Part shown: in pieces, positions 28,070-38,597 of the stretch
Numbering within the stretch: position 1 is the first letter of the stretch
How the letters are laid out: every line of letters starts with the position of its first letter
Assembly: GCA_043810165.1 (NCBI GenBank)
Contig: JBDROJ010000019.1
Span: 17,524-81,523 of the forward strand
Source: a bacterium
GTDB lineage: Bacteria > Patescibacteriota > Patescibacteriia > Magasanikbacterales > GWA2-37-8
Length of the DNA stretch: 64,000 nucleotides
Reading direction: 5' to 3'
The notes under the pieces: generated by a model
Databases searched by the model: none
Seen by the model: only the letters and a program-made list of their open reading frames with translations
What the model was told of the DNA's origin: nothing
Position numbers and translations under genes: made by a program

Positions 28070-28930
28070 TTAACCTGCCAATTTTTTAATTAAATCACCG
28101 AGCTCTTCCTTTGAATAGTATTCAATCATAATCTTGCCCTTGTTAGCTTTTTGAGTAATAAGGACTTTTGTACCCAAGGCTGTACGTAGTTTGTCTTCCA
28201 AATAAATCAAATTTGGATCGCGACGATTACCGTGCTTTTTGCTATTAGCCACTTTATTTCCAACCGCCCTTTCCACCTCTCTTACAGTAATAGATTTACC
28301 CATCAGAGATGATAACATTTCCAATTGTTGCTGTTTATCTTTTAAACCAAGCAAGGCTCTAGCCTGTCCCATACTTATTTTTTTTTCAGTAAGAGCTTCT
28401 TTAATTTCTTCTGGCAAACCTAATAATCTTATAGAATTGGATATAGTACTTGGAGTTTTGCCTACTTTAGCAGATATCTCTTGCTGACTTAAACCAAACT
28501 CTTCAGATAAGCGACTATAAGCAAAAGCTTCTTCCAACGGAGTCAAATCTTCACGCTGAATATTTTCAATCAAAGCCACTTCCAATTTTTGCTGATCAGC
28601 CAATTTTTTAATGACAACCGGTATCTCAAGTAAACCTGCAATTTGACTAGCCCGCCATCTTCTTTCTCCAGATATCAATTCATAACCGCCATCAATTTTT
28701 TCACTCACTAAAACCGGCTGTAAAACTCCGTGTTCTTTAATGGATGTCGCTAATTCATCCAGTTCTCTTGGATTAAAATACTTTCTAGGCTGATCCGGGT
28801 TTGGCCCAACCGAACTAACTGGTATATTCCAGATTTTTTGTCCGTCCTGATCATCAATTTGACCTTTTTTAAGAGTACGGCGACTGGCAGATGTGGCAAT
28901 TAATGCTCCTAAACCTTTTCCTAAAGCCAT
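28070..28930 (-). CDS. parB: Chromosome partitioning protein ParB
   Basis: LGKGLGAL, NPDQPR, GERRWRA, ENIQREDL, HTH. Confidence 0.96.
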   Translation of the reverse strand: MALGKGLGALIATSASRRTLKKGQIDDQDGQKIWNIPVSSVGPNPDQPRKYFNPRELDELATSIKEHGVLQPVLVSEKIDGGYELISGERRWRASQIAGLLEIPVVIKKLADQQKLEVALIENIQREDLTPLEEAFAYSRLSEEFGLSQQEISAKVGKTPSTISNSIRLLGLPEEIKEALTEKKISMGQARALLGLKDKQQQLEMLSSLMGKSITVREVERAVGNKVANSKKHGNRRDPNLIYLEDKLRTALGTKVLITQKANKGKIMIEYYSKEELGDLIKKLAG

Positions 28931-28958
28931 AGTAAATAATATAAAAAAATAATTAATA

Positions 28959-29108
28959 TTGTCATCGCCGACAAAGCATGCCTGTCATCGCGAGCGTTGT
29001 TTTCTTGTCATTGCGAGCGGTTCACTGTCATTGCGAGGAGCAAAGCGACGAAGCAATCTCGTGTTTCTATAGTGACGGGATTGCTTCGCTTACGCTCGCA
29101 ATGACAGA
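28959..29108. repeat. Palindromic REP/RPE-like element, copy 3 (between parA and parB)
   Basis: Several gtcat(t/c)gcgag arms, then gaagcaatctcg...cgggattgcttcgcttacgctcgcaatgacag. Confidence 0.88.
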
Positions 29109-29154
29109 CACACCAAACTCGAAATAAATTTCTCAACCTTCTTTGTTCTATATT

Positions 29155-29922
29155 TTATCCTTCAAAATACTCTAGAAATTCTTTGCCTAGACGTTCATAA
29201 GCCTTAGCACCTTTGCCCTTGCGATCATAATGAAAAATGCTAGCACCATAACTGGGAGCTTCAGCCAAACGCACGGTGCGAGGTATTACTGAACGAAATA
29301 TACTGTCTGGAAAATACTTGTATAATTCGTTCATCACGTCAGATGATAAACGATTACGCTTATCAAACATAGTTAGAACCGCTCCGATTATGTTTAAACT
29401 CGGCTTTAATCCTTCCCTAATCATTTCAATGGTGCGCAATAATTGGCCAAGCCCTTCCAAAGCATAATATTCTGCCTGCACAGGAATTAAAAGATGGTCA
29501 GCCGCTATTAAACCGTTTAAGGTCAGAACACCCAAAGAAGGCGGACAATCTATTATGATATAATCATACGCATGGCTAACTTCACTAAGTATATCAGCTA
29601 ATCTATTTTCCCGATTTTCTTCGTTAACTAATTCCACGGCCGCTCCGGCCAAATCAGGTGTGGCCGGCACCACACGCAAGCCTTCGTGAGCAGTATTTTG
29701 CACTACATCATGCAAGCGAACCTGTCCGGCTATACTATGATATAGCCCTTTGTCCAGATTCTGATAATCAATTCCTAGACCGGAAGTGGCATTGCCTTGA
29801 GGATCCAGATCTACAAGCAACACAAACTTACCAGCTTCAGCCAAGGCCGAAGCCAGATTTATAGCAGTAGTGGTCTTACCCACTCCACCTTTTTGATTAA
29901 CAATCGCAATAATTTGTGACAT
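29155..29922 (-). CDS. parA: Chromosome partitioning ATPase ParA/Soj
   Basis: NQKGGVGKTT, DLDPQGNA, DCPPSLG, PVQAEYYALEG. Confidence 0.96.
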   Translation of the reverse strand: MSQIIAIVNQKGGVGKTTTAINLASALAEAGKFVLLVDLDPQGNATSGLGIDYQNLDKGLYHSIAGQVRLHDVVQNTAHEGLRVVPATPDLAGAAVELVNEENRENRLADILSEVSHAYDYIIIDCPPSLGVLTLNGLIAADHLLIPVQAEYYALEGLGQLLRTIEMIREGLKPSLNIIGAVLTMFDKRNRLSSDVMNELYKYFPDSIFRSVIPRTVRLAEAPSYGASIFHYDRKGKGAKAYERLGKEFLEYFEG

Positions 29923-29961
29923 ATTTTATGCAGATATTATAACATAAATTCTCTGCAAAAA

Positions 29962-30957
29962 CTAATAAACCGTTAATAGAACAATCTCTGGCGGAGTGAA
30001 TAATCTAGCTCTGGTACCGGTTTCACCTGCTCCGCTAGTTACATACATGTCCAAACCATCATATTCAACCCAGCCTTGATGCCATTTACGCGGAATTACA
30101 TTATCCACCGGAATTATCGGCCCAATAAAAGGCAAGCGAACCTGTCCGCCATGAGTATGGCCTGACAGCATTAAATCAACATCATAACCGCTTACATCAA
30201 AAACAGCAACTGGATTATGAATTAAGGCGATAACCGGTAAATCCTTATTTTTAATTTTTAACACGCCCAAATCTAAATTCTGCGCCCAATAAGAATCACC
30301 TCCGAATAAATAAAAACTTTGATCGCCCACTGCAATCTCTTCCAGTTCATTAACCAAATACCTAACCCCTAATTCTTCCATGGCTTCTTTTGTATTCTGA
30401 CTCCAATCGGGCAAACGAAATTTGGAATCATATAATGAGGCATTATCACTCACGCCGTATTCATGATTGCCGTGCACCGCATAAACCGGAATCTGTTCAG
30501 CTAATTTCTGCAAAGGTTGCAAGTAAACAGTTTCATCTTTTCCATCTCCGGAATTATTAATATGATCACCGGCCATCAAAACCAAATCCGGCTTGAGCGA
30601 TAATATTTTTTTAACTACTTTATTAACTTGATCACTATCCCTATAAGGCCCAACTTGTATATCGGCCATCAACACAATTTTTATTGGCTTATTAATCTTT
30701 TTCAAGTCAATGCCCTCCTCTTTTACTAATAAGAATCTCGGCTCAATAAAACTTCCATACAAAACAATAACCGCGCCTGATAATAACAACAAAAAAAAAA
30801 TCAAAGATACTTTGCGACAATGATATTCCCAACTCTTGGGATCTTTTTGCCGGTGGTATAACAAAATAACTGCAGGCAGGGCAGTTGAGACAACTAATAT
30901 GGCTATTAAAGAATCAAAAAAAATGTTCATGCATAGTATTATAAATAATTTTGTCAT
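29962..30957 (-). CDS. Membrane-bound metallophosphoesterase (YkuE-like)
   Basis: DIQ, GD, GNHE, HNP, SGHTHGGQ motifs; N-terminal TMs. Confidence 0.9.
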   Translation of the reverse strand: MTKLFIILCMNIFFDSLIAILVVSTALPAVILLYHRQKDPKSWEYHCRKVSLIFFLLLLSGAVIVLYGSFIEPRFLLVKEEGIDLKKINKPIKIVLMADIQVGPYRDSDQVNKVVKKILSLKPDLVLMAGDHINNSGDGKDETVYLQPLQKLAEQIPVYAVHGNHEYGVSDNASLYDSKFRLPDWSQNTKEAMEELGVRYLVNELEEIAVGDQSFYLFGGDSYWAQNLDLGVLKIKNKDLPVIALIHNPVAVFDVSGYDVDLMLSGHTHGGQVRLPFIGPIIPVDNVIPRKWHQGWVEYDGLDMYVTSGAGETGTRARLFTPPEIVLLTVY

Positions 30958-30982
30958 TTTTGTCTAATGCAAATACACTCAC

Positions 30983-31015
30983 AAAAAAGCATCCCGACTA
31001 AGTCGGGATGCTTTT
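30983..31015. terminator. Intrinsic terminator containing the CCCGAC-TAA-GTCGGG palindrome
   Basis: aaaaaagcatcccgac-taa-gtcgggatgctttt. Confidence 0.75.
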
Positions 31016-31030
31016 AAATAATTTAACTAC

Positions 31031-32323
31031 TTATTTATCTTTTTCAACTTTGGAAAAACCTACAAAATTAGCGGATTCAGTTGAACGATCCGCGTTAATC
31101 TCTTGTCCTTCTATTCTTATTACCCTATCTTTGAGATTACCACGGTTGTCCAAATCAGTAGAATCGGCTCTACTTAATTGATTAGCCCTGGTGTCTAGGC
31201 CTTTGTCTTCAAGACCCCCACTAATCGGATCTGTATCCATAACACCAACATCAACTGTGTCATCTTCAAATTCTACGGGTTGAGTACTTCTCTGAACTTC
31301 TTGTTTCTTCGCTAATTCTCTCATACGATCTTCAATAGCCATGGCTTCATCTTCATCAGGGTTAGACTGTTTATCTATTTCTTTTTCAAATGGAGTTCGG
31401 TCATCTGGTAAAGGCCTCATACGATATGTTTTTCCATCATGTTCTAAATATCCTGGCTTTACATCAGTAATACCATCTGGTTGTGCGGGCATTTTATATT
31501 GCACGGGAGAGTGTTCAGGTAGGTCATCCGGTAATTCAGGGGCAGATTTACTTAAGCCTGCAACAAATACGAGAACGGCCGGCAAAAGAGCTACTCCAGA
31601 TATCACTTTATTTTTTCTGATAAAATCAAGCAAAGTCTGGCTGTCCATTTCTTCCAGATTTTCAATTTTTTGAACTCCAAATGATTTGGCCAGTAATTCT
31701 AAACTTTTTCTTGAAGTTTCCTTTTTGTATTTGAGAGATTTAAGCTCATCTAATATTTTAGCTCTCTCTTTCCTGGCAAAAAATACTCTAAACATGCCGA
31801 GTTTTTTCAATTCGGATGTTTTATTTGCTATCTGATTTTGGAATGTTTTAACCTCTTGGCTGATAGTAGACCAACTTTCTAAATTATCTTGAATTTTTTT
31901 AACCTGTTCTGTATATTCCTTTGTATATCTTTCATCATCTTCTGACATAACTACCTTGTTAACAGAACTTACTCCATGTTTTTTTTCATATTCCCCTCTG
32001 ATATATCCTGCACTTTCTTTGAACTGTTGTTTAATCTCCATATCTCTAATTTGCTCTGGCGAAAGCGTTGGGGGATATAAAGGCGGAGGAATCTCTTGCA
32101 ATAGGCTGGAATCTAATTCCTCAACTTCTTCTAGATCGCGGTCTTTTAAAGCAATAACGCCCTCTTCTGGTTCAACTATTTTAAGAGGATATGTTTTTTC
32201 TTGAGCTTGCGCAGCTTTTTTCTTTGCTTCTTCAGCTGCCAACCACACTATTTCTTTTTTGTTGTTTTCTTTATTCCCTAATTCTTGGGCTAAAGAATCA
32301 CTATTTACATGTTCAAAACTCAT
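31031..32323 (-). CDS. Hypothetical protein, single central TM helix
   Basis: 430 aa ORF with charged coiled-coil, one hydrophobic helix and an acidic tail. Confidence 0.65.
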   Translation of the reverse strand: MSFEHVNSDSLAQELGNKENNKKEIVWLAAEEAKKKAAQAQEKTYPLKIVEPEEGVIALKDRDLEEVEELDSSLLQEIPPPLYPPTLSPEQIRDMEIKQQFKESAGYIRGEYEKKHGVSSVNKVVMSEDDERYTKEYTEQVKKIQDNLESWSTISQEVKTFQNQIANKTSELKKLGMFRVFFARKERAKILDELKSLKYKKETSRKSLELLAKSFGVQKIENLEEMDSQTLLDFIRKNKVISGVALLPAVLVFVAGLSKSAPELPDDLPEHSPVQYKMPAQPDGITDVKPGYLEHDGKTYRMRPLPDDRTPFEKEIDKQSNPDEDEAMAIEDRMRELAKKQEVQRSTQPVEFEDDTVDVGVMDTDPISGGLEDKGLDTRANQLSRADSTDLDNRGNLKDRVIRIEGQEINADRSTESANFVGFSKVEKDK

Positions 32324-32534
32324 ATTTTTAAAAATTATATTAAAATTACCTAAAAAGGTTGGATTTTGAAAAAAATTGGCTAATTTTAGCTAAATACATT
32401 TATATTATACCATAAAAAACCGGTTTTGTCAATGCCTTTGGCTAAAAATACAAAAACAGCCCGGTTTTAACCAAAGCTGCATGCTTTGATCCACACCTCA
32501 TATAGTGTCCACTTTTTGGGGTACAGTTCAATTG

Positions 32535-32616
32535 TGCCGCGGGAGGGAATCGAACCCTCATGAGTTGCCTCACACGATTTTGAGTCGTGCGCGTCTACCA
32601 ATTTCGCCACCACGGC
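32535..32616 (-). tRNA. tRNA-Leu (anticodon CAA)
   Basis: GCCGTGGTGGCGAAATTGGTAGAC..., arm CACGA-CTCAAAA-TCGTG, long variable arm. Confidence 0.94.
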
Positions 32617-32664
32617 ATATTCTATACGCCTACACAGTATAGAATAATTTTCTAATTTAGTCAA

Positions 32665-33960
32665 TTAAGGCTTTAACCTAGTAATAGTCCGCGGAAAAGG
32701 AATACACTCACGAATATGCTCTACCCCGGCTAACCAGCGCACAGTACGCTCTAGACCTATACCAAAGCCTGAGTGGGGCACACTACCGTATTTTCGTAGG
32801 TCCAAATACCATTGATAATCTTCAACTGGTAAATTCTCGTCTTTTATTCTCTGTAATAAAATTTCATGATCGTCTTCACGCTGACTACCCCCTATCAACT
32901 CGCCCGACCCTTCAGTGCCAATCAAGTCGTTATTCAAAACCAAATCCGAATTTTCCAAATCACGCTTCATATAAAATGGCTTAATATTTTTAGGCCAGCG
33001 TTCAATAAAGACAGGCACATCAGAACCTTTGGTTAACATGCCCTCGTCGTCATTGCCCAGGTCTTCACCGTGTTTAATATCAGAACCTAGTTCATTTAAT
33101 TTTTTGATAGTATCTTCATAAGTCAAGCGTGTAAATGGCTTATCCAAAACTTTTTTTAACGGCTCCATATCTCTTTCCATTATCTCAAATTCTGCCTGAC
33201 AATGCTCTAAACAATATTTGACAATGTGCTTCACCAACCCTTCTTGTATATCCATGTTTTCTTGGTGTTCAACAAAAGTAGCTTCAGCATCCATCATCCA
33301 AAATTCTGTTAAGTGACGCTTTGTCTTGCTTTTCTCGGCTCGAAAAGTAGGACCAAAATCATAACAACGTCCTACTGATGATATGGCCGCCTCAATATAT
33401 AGCTGGCCGGATTGAGATAGATAGGCTTCACCCAAATCAAAATACGGAACCGGGAATAAAGTGGTAGTTCCTTCGCAAGCATTGGGCGTAAAAATCGGCG
33501 AATCAACTTTGATGAAATCTTTCTGGTGCAGGTATTCATTAATGGCCATAATAACAGCATCGCGAATGCGTAAAATTGCCCATTGCTTTTTGCTACGCAA
33601 CCATAAATGACGATTTTCCATCAAAAAATCAGGACCATGTTCTTTTTTGGCAATCGGGTAATCATCAGCCAACTGAATAATCTTCAAACCACTAACCTGT
33701 AATTCATAAACACCTTCTTTTTTAGGGTGTTTAGTGACTAGGCCAGAAACTTCAACCGAAGATTCTTGGGCAACTTGTTCAACCACCTGCCAAATTAAAT
33801 CATCAACTTGATCTTTTACCACAACTCCTTGCACCCAGCCGAAGCCATCGCGCAATTGCAAAAAAGCAATTGAACCTGATGAACGCTTGTTGTACAACCA
33901 TCCTTTAATAACTACTTCTTTATCTATGTATTGCGATATATCTTTAATTAATACTTGCAT
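32665..33960 (-). CDS. asnS: Asparagine--tRNA ligase
   Basis: OB-fold GW..NKRSSG..FLQLRDG, RHLWLRS, YLSQSGQLY, FRAEKS, GGSQRE, PHSGFGIGLER. Confidence 0.96.
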   Translation of the reverse strand: MQVLIKDISQYIDKEVVIKGWLYNKRSSGSIAFLQLRDGFGWVQGVVVKDQVDDLIWQVVEQVAQESSVEVSGLVTKHPKKEGVYELQVSGLKIIQLADDYPIAKKEHGPDFLMENRHLWLRSKKQWAILRIRDAVIMAINEYLHQKDFIKVDSPIFTPNACEGTTTLFPVPYFDLGEAYLSQSGQLYIEAAISSVGRCYDFGPTFRAEKSKTKRHLTEFWMMDAEATFVEHQENMDIQEGLVKHIVKYCLEHCQAEFEIMERDMEPLKKVLDKPFTRLTYEDTIKKLNELGSDIKHGEDLGNDDEGMLTKGSDVPVFIERWPKNIKPFYMKRDLENSDLVLNNDLIGTEGSGELIGGSQREDDHEILLQRIKDENLPVEDYQWYLDLRKYGSVPHSGFGIGLERTVRWLAGVEHIRECIPFPRTITRLKP

Positions 33961-34657
33961 AAGCTTCAATGTTAAATCTATTTATTTTTTTTTCACTATG
34001 ATATTGAATAAACTCATGAATTAATTCAAATATCTCTGGCTTGTTAATTAATTTATTTATTTCATCCCAATCACCGGTAATCTTTTGCAGATAATTGTAC
34101 TGCCCACGATTCAAGGCAACGACTGCTTGAGATTGCTTGCATTCTCCACAAACCACCCCTCCACCCAAGATACTAAAACCAACAAAATTTCCTGTTGTGC
34201 CACACTCAATACAATTTTCCAAATCCATTTGAAATCCTAAAATTTTAAACAACTGTATAATAAAACCAAAAATCAAACTTTCACATACCGTATCATTCCT
34301 CTCCAAAAAACACAACCAGTCAAACAATATAAAGAATACTTCTTGGTCTTTTTCTCCTACACTGACCAATTTATCCACTAATTTTACTACATAATCAACC
34401 ATCAAAATTTTTTTCAAATCTTTCCTGCTATTTTTAAATAATTCTAATGGTTGTACTTTGGTTAAATGATCGACCTCTTTTCCCTTGGCGATTTCTATTT
34501 CGACTAACGCGCCTGGCAATAAATTGCCCGAATTCTTGCTAGTTATTTTCTTTACCCCTTTGGCTAATAAATCCAGCTTGCCAAGGTCTTTGGTATAAAA
34601 AGAAATAATCTGATCCACCTCTCTAAAATCTCTGCGAGTCAAAACTAAAGCCTGCAT
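33944..34657 (-). CDS. recO: DNA repair protein RecO
   Basis: ALVL.R.DFRE.D.II.FYT.DLGK...AKG; C4 zinc finger CIECG...CGEC. Confidence 0.92.
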   Translation of the reverse strand: MQALVLTRRDFREVDQIISFYTKDLGKLDLLAKGVKKITSKNSGNLLPGALVEIEIAKGKEVDHLTKVQPLELFKNSRKDLKKILMVDYVVKLVDKLVSVGEKDQEVFFILFDWLCFLERNDTVCESLIFGFIIQLFKILGFQMDLENCIECGTTGNFVGFSILGGGVVCGECKQSQAVVALNRGQYNYLQKITGDWDEINKLINKPEIFELIHEFIQYHSEKKINRFNIEAYASIN

Positions 34658-34660
34658 AAA

Positions 34661-35905
34661 TTACAAAAATGATGATATCAATAATACAACAGTGGCAAAT
34701 ATTATCCCAATAATAGTAAGCCAAGCAATGGCGTTGAATATTGGCTTGTTGGTATAATCGCCCATTATCTTCTTGTTATTGATAATCTTCATCACAAAAA
34801 TTAAAATCACTGGCAATAAAATTCCATTCACATCCTGTGACAATATCATCACCTTAATTAAAGGGATAGCCGGAATTAAAACCAGTATAGCCGGAATGAT
34901 TATGGCAATGGCAATGATGGTATAAAATTCTTTAGCTTTATCCCAACCAATATTAAAACCATATTCCCAGCCAAAAGCCTCGCAGATAGCATAGGCTGTG
35001 GCCGCCGGCAATATGAATGCTCCCAACATGGAAGCTGCGAACAAACCAAAACCAAATAATATTTCAGAAAAATGGCCGGCTATTGGTTTTAAAGCAATGG
35101 CGGCATCTTTGGCGCTTTCAATACTAATTCCGTGCTTATATAATGTGGCGGTAGCACTAATAATTATAAAAAAGCTTACAAGATTAGTAATCAGAGCACC
35201 CACAAATACCTCCCCCTTTTCCACCTTATAATGTTTAATGTCCAAACCTTTATCAACCACATATGATTGTATAAAAAATTGTCCCCAAGGTGTAATAGTA
35301 GTACCAATCAAAGCCATCAAAGTAATAAAATACGGATAAGTAAAATCCATGGTCGGATGAACTAGATCATCCAAAGCTTGGCCAAAATCAGGATTAACTA
35401 AAAAGCCATTAATAATATAGACAATATAAAAAGCGGAAAAAATTAAAAATACTCTTTGAGTGGCTTTAAATGACCCTTTGGACAAAACCAGCCAAACAAT
35501 TAAAGCCCCTATTGGAACAGTGATGTATTTGCTAACTCCAAATAATTCAAGAGAGGCGCCAATACCAGCAAATTCAGCTGATATTGTACCCAGATTAGCT
35601 ATTAACAAAGCAATCATGGCAAAAGCAGTCCAACGAATACCAAAAACTTCTCTAATCACCCCGCCCAATCCCTGCCTGGTTCGCAAACCGATTCGCACAC
35701 CCATCTCTTGCGTAACAGCCAAAGAAAAAGTGAGCAAAAATAATACCCAGAGCATTCGCGTGCCAAATTCTGCACCCACCACCGAATAAGTGCTGATGCC
35801 ACCAGCATCATTATCAGCATTGGCTGCAATTATTCCCGGGCCAATAATACTAAAGAAAATAATAATTCTGGCCCAAAGATATTTTATACCTTTCTTCTTA
35901 ACCAT
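34661..35905 (-). CDS. Nramp-family divalent metal transporter (NRMT/Mg-type)
   Basis: GPGII...DNDAGGI, GTTITPW; about 11 TM helices. Confidence 0.9.
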   Translation of the reverse strand: MVKKKGIKYLWARIIIFFSIIGPGIIAANADNDAGGISTYSVVGAEFGTRMLWVLFLLTFSLAVTQEMGVRIGLRTRQGLGGVIREVFGIRWTAFAMIALLIANLGTISAEFAGIGASLELFGVSKYITVPIGALIVWLVLSKGSFKATQRVFLIFSAFYIVYIINGFLVNPDFGQALDDLVHPTMDFTYPYFITLMALIGTTITPWGQFFIQSYVVDKGLDIKHYKVEKGEVFVGALITNLVSFFIIISATATLYKHGISIESAKDAAIALKPIAGHFSEILFGFGLFAASMLGAFILPAATAYAICEAFGWEYGFNIGWDKAKEFYTIIAIAIIIPAILVLIPAIPLIKVMILSQDVNGILLPVILIFVMKIINNKKIMGDYTNKPIFNAIAWLTIIGIIFATVVLLISSFL

Positions 35906-36870
35906 CTTAAAAATTTATATAAAAAATACTTATTTTTATTGATAACCACATCACAAGTGCCTGGACTCTGAATAATTTCTCCGCCAAATCCTAATTTAAA
36001 TCTGGTTACTCCGGCATATTGATGATTCTTGTTATAATTTTGGTCTTGATCCAAAGGAGCGATCCCAAAAAAATCATAATATTTGCACTGGGCTTGCTTT
36101 GCCTTCTTTATGCCCAGCCATTGCAATAAATATGGAGCCATTAATTTACGATGTTCATAATCAGAAGCGCCGTACAGGTAAGTGAACATATTGCCGAAAC
36201 TCGTAAATACGCTACTGGCTATAATCTTGCCTTCATATTCAATTGATATCTGATGGCTCAAATCAGAATTTAAAACTTCTTGGTAGCGCTGTTTGGGATG
36301 CAGTCGAAATCCATCGCGCTTGGCTGTTTCTTCAGACAGATTAATAAAACTATCCGGATCTTTTTTTTCAATTATTTTTAATGCCTTGCGCTCGGCCAAA
36401 CCGATATTGTATCTGGTCTTGGATTTCATTGCCTGTAAAATCTCGTGTTCAGGCCTGCTAATATCCAAAATCACGGTAGCGCGAGGCGTAGTATCTAAAG
36501 TTTTAACAACTTGAAAATCTATATTTTCTAAAGGATGAGGTAATTCAACTCTAAAAAAACTACAACCTTGCTCTTTAATATATTCTATCAGGCAATTAAA
36601 CGCCTGATAATTAAAGACTGAATGAGCTGAACCGCTAACCGGTCCTTTGGCGCAAAATGCATATTTTAAGCCAAAAGGAAGTCGCTGATAGACAATCTGG
36701 CCTCGCATGGCTATGCCAGTGCCGTCATCCACGGATAATCTTTGCACTTTTTTGCTTTCGGCTAACAAAATATCTCCCCATGCCCAGGATTGGATAAAAT
36801 TCCCATGCTGGCTATTGGCTTTCAGCCAGTTATCCCAATCTGATTTTTGTTCTATTCTGTTAATTTTCAT
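35884..36870 (-). CDS. FemABX-family peptidoglycan bridge aminoacyltransferase
   Basis: FIQSWAWG, KTRYNIGLA, YLYGAS, LQW, YDFFG, FKLGFGG. Confidence 0.92.
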   Translation of the reverse strand: MKINRIEQKSDWDNWLKANSQHGNFIQSWAWGDILLAESKKVQRLSVDDGTGIAMRGQIVYQRLPFGLKYAFCAKGPVSGSAHSVFNYQAFNCLIEYIKEQGCSFFRVELPHPLENIDFQVVKTLDTTPRATVILDISRPEHEILQAMKSKTRYNIGLAERKALKIIEKKDPDSFINLSEETAKRDGFRLHPKQRYQEVLNSDLSHQISIEYEGKIIASSVFTSFGNMFTYLYGASDYEHRKLMAPYLLQWLGIKKAKQAQCKYYDFFGIAPLDQDQNYNKNHQYAGVTRFKLGFGGEIIQSPGTCDVVINKNKYFLYKFLRWLRRKV

Positions 36871-37034
36871 AAGCCAAGATTAGACTACAAACACGCGTTC
36901 GTGGCTATTTTACCTTATTTAATAAAAAAGATCAATGTTCAATTCGGTCTAAACCAAGGCTTAAACCAGTCTTGCCAAATATAAAATTCTATGATAGCAT
37001 ACTACCATTATATTTAGTTATTAATTAATTGATT

Positions 37035-37235
37035 ATGTCAGTCCCATCCCAACGCAGAAACTCATCTTGCAAAAAAAGAAGGGCTTCACACCATGCCTTG
37101 AAGGAGATAGGCCAACAAACTTGTCCTAAATGTAAAAAACCGGTTCGACCGCATCGCGCTTGTTCTAACTGTGGCACCTATAAGGGCAAAACAGTAGTTG
37201 ATACAAGGAAAAAAATAAAAAAGGCTGTTAAATAA
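37035..37235 (+). CDS. rpmF: 50S ribosomal protein L32
   Basis: MSVPSQRR...RRASH, CPKC...[13 protein letters not shown]. Confidence 0.95.
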   Translation: MSVPSQRRNSSCKKRRASHHALKEIGQQTCPKCKKPVRPHRACSNCGTYKGKTVVDTRKKIKKAVK

Positions 37236-37242
37236 AAGTATT

Positions 37243-37671
37243 ATGTCTAGCCGTCACCTAGCTCGATCCATTGCCATGCAAACTTTGTTTGAATGGGATT
37301 TTCGAGAACAATCACAGGATGAGCTAAAAAATATTCTCGAGCATAATATTAAAGAATTTGGTGCCGGTTTTAGTGAAGATGACTTTATTCAAGAAATTGT
37401 AAAAGGAGTAATTAAGAACCAAGAACAATTGGACAAATTAATTATAGAATACGCCCCTCAATGGCCTATTGACCAAATAACAATAGTTGATCGCAATGTT
37501 TTGCGCATAGGCATATATGAATTAAAATTTGCCGACCAAGAAATACCTCCTAAAGTTGCCATAAATGAAGCGATTGAAATGGCCAAAAATTATGGCGGTC
37601 CTGCTTCAGGCAAATTTGTTAATGGAGTGCTGGGCGCAGTATATAATGATATGAAGAAAAAAGAAAAATAA
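37243..37671 (+). CDS. nusB: Transcription antitermination factor NusB
   Basis: [40 protein letters not shown]. Confidence 0.96.
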   Translation: MSSRHLARSIAMQTLFEWDFREQSQDELKNILEHNIKEFGAGFSEDDFIQEIVKGVIKNQEQLDKLIIEYAPQWPIDQITIVDRNVLRIGIYELKFADQEIPPKVAINEAIEMAKNYGGPASGKFVNGVLGAVYNDMKKKEK

Positions 37672-37672
37672 T

Positions 37673-38455
37673 ATGACAAATCTAAGCGAACAAACATTGT
37701 CTCGTCCTGACGTGCAAGCAAAACAGTTTGAGAATTTGGAAGAAAAAATTGGCGTCAATTTTGAGCACCCTGAATATCTGGTACAAGCTTTTGTACATCG
37801 CTCTTATTTAAATGAAAACCGAGATTTCCCTCTGGGCCACAACGAACGGCTTGAGTTTTTAGGCGATGCTGTGCTGGAATTAGTTGTAACTGAATATCTA
37901 TTTAACGAATACGGCAACCCTGAAGGAGAATTAACTAATTGGCGAGCCGCTTTAGTCAATGCTAAAATGCTTGCCAGTGTGGCTCATGAAATTGGTTTTG
38001 AAGAATACCTATTTTTAAGTCATGGCGAATCCAAAGATGCAGGAACCAAAGCTCGCGACTATATTTTAGCCAACACCATGGAAGCGTTGATAGGAGCAAT
38101 TTATGTTGATCAGGGATATGGGATGTCTCAACAATTTTTAGCTCGCTGGATATTACCAAAGCTACCATACATTTTAGAAAATGGATTATACATGGATGCA
38201 AAAAGCCGATTTCAAGAATCAGCTCAAGAACATATTGGCTTTACACCTACCTATAAAGTACTGAATGAACATGGCCCTGATCATATGAAGTCCTTTAAAG
38301 TAGGCTTGTTTTTAGAAAAAGAATTAATAGCTTCAGGAGAAGGAACCAGCAAGCAAGAGGCTCAAACAGAAGCGGCTGAAGCAGGATTAAAAGTCAAAAA
38401 ATGGAAAGGTCCGACGGTTAATGTTATCAGGAAAAGCCCTGAAGATCCCATATAG
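37673..38455 (+). CDS. rnc: Ribonuclease III
   Basis: HRSY, NERLEFLGDAVL, dsRBD. Confidence 0.96.
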   Translation: MTNLSEQTLSRPDVQAKQFENLEEKIGVNFEHPEYLVQAFVHRSYLNENRDFPLGHNERLEFLGDAVLELVVTEYLFNEYGNPEGELTNWRAALVNAKMLASVAHEIGFEEYLFLSHGESKDAGTKARDYILANTMEALIGAIYVDQGYGMSQQFLARWILPKLPYILENGLYMDAKSRFQESAQEHIGFTPTYKVLNEHGPDHMKSFKVGLFLEKELIASGEGTSKQEAQTEAAEAGLKVKKWKGPTVNVIRKSPEDPI

Positions 38456-38487
38456 CGAGCAGTCCAATCTTCCAAATTAAGATATGC

Positions 38488-38560
38488 GGGTCGCTAGCTC
38501 AGCTGGTAGAGCAGATCCCTCTTAAGGATAAGGTCCAGGGTTCGAATCCCTGGCGACCCA
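38488..38560 (+). tRNA. tRNA-Lys (anticodon CTT)
   Basis: GGGTCGC TAGCTCAGCTGGTAGAGC, loop CTCTTAA, GTTCGAATC. Confidence 0.93.
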
Positions 38561-38561
38561 C

Positions 38562-38590
38562 AAAAATACCGGCTAGTAAGCCGGTATTTT
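38562..38590. terminator. Bidirectional intrinsic terminator
   Basis: aaaaataccggct-agta-agccggtattttt. Confidence 0.75.
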
Positions 38591-38597
38591 ATTATGA

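Noticed and set aside
28070-29922. Plasmid or prophage partition cassette, or nearby oriC
   Set aside because: Chromosomal Soj/Spo0J type among housekeeping genes; no parS or DnaA-box cluster recognised
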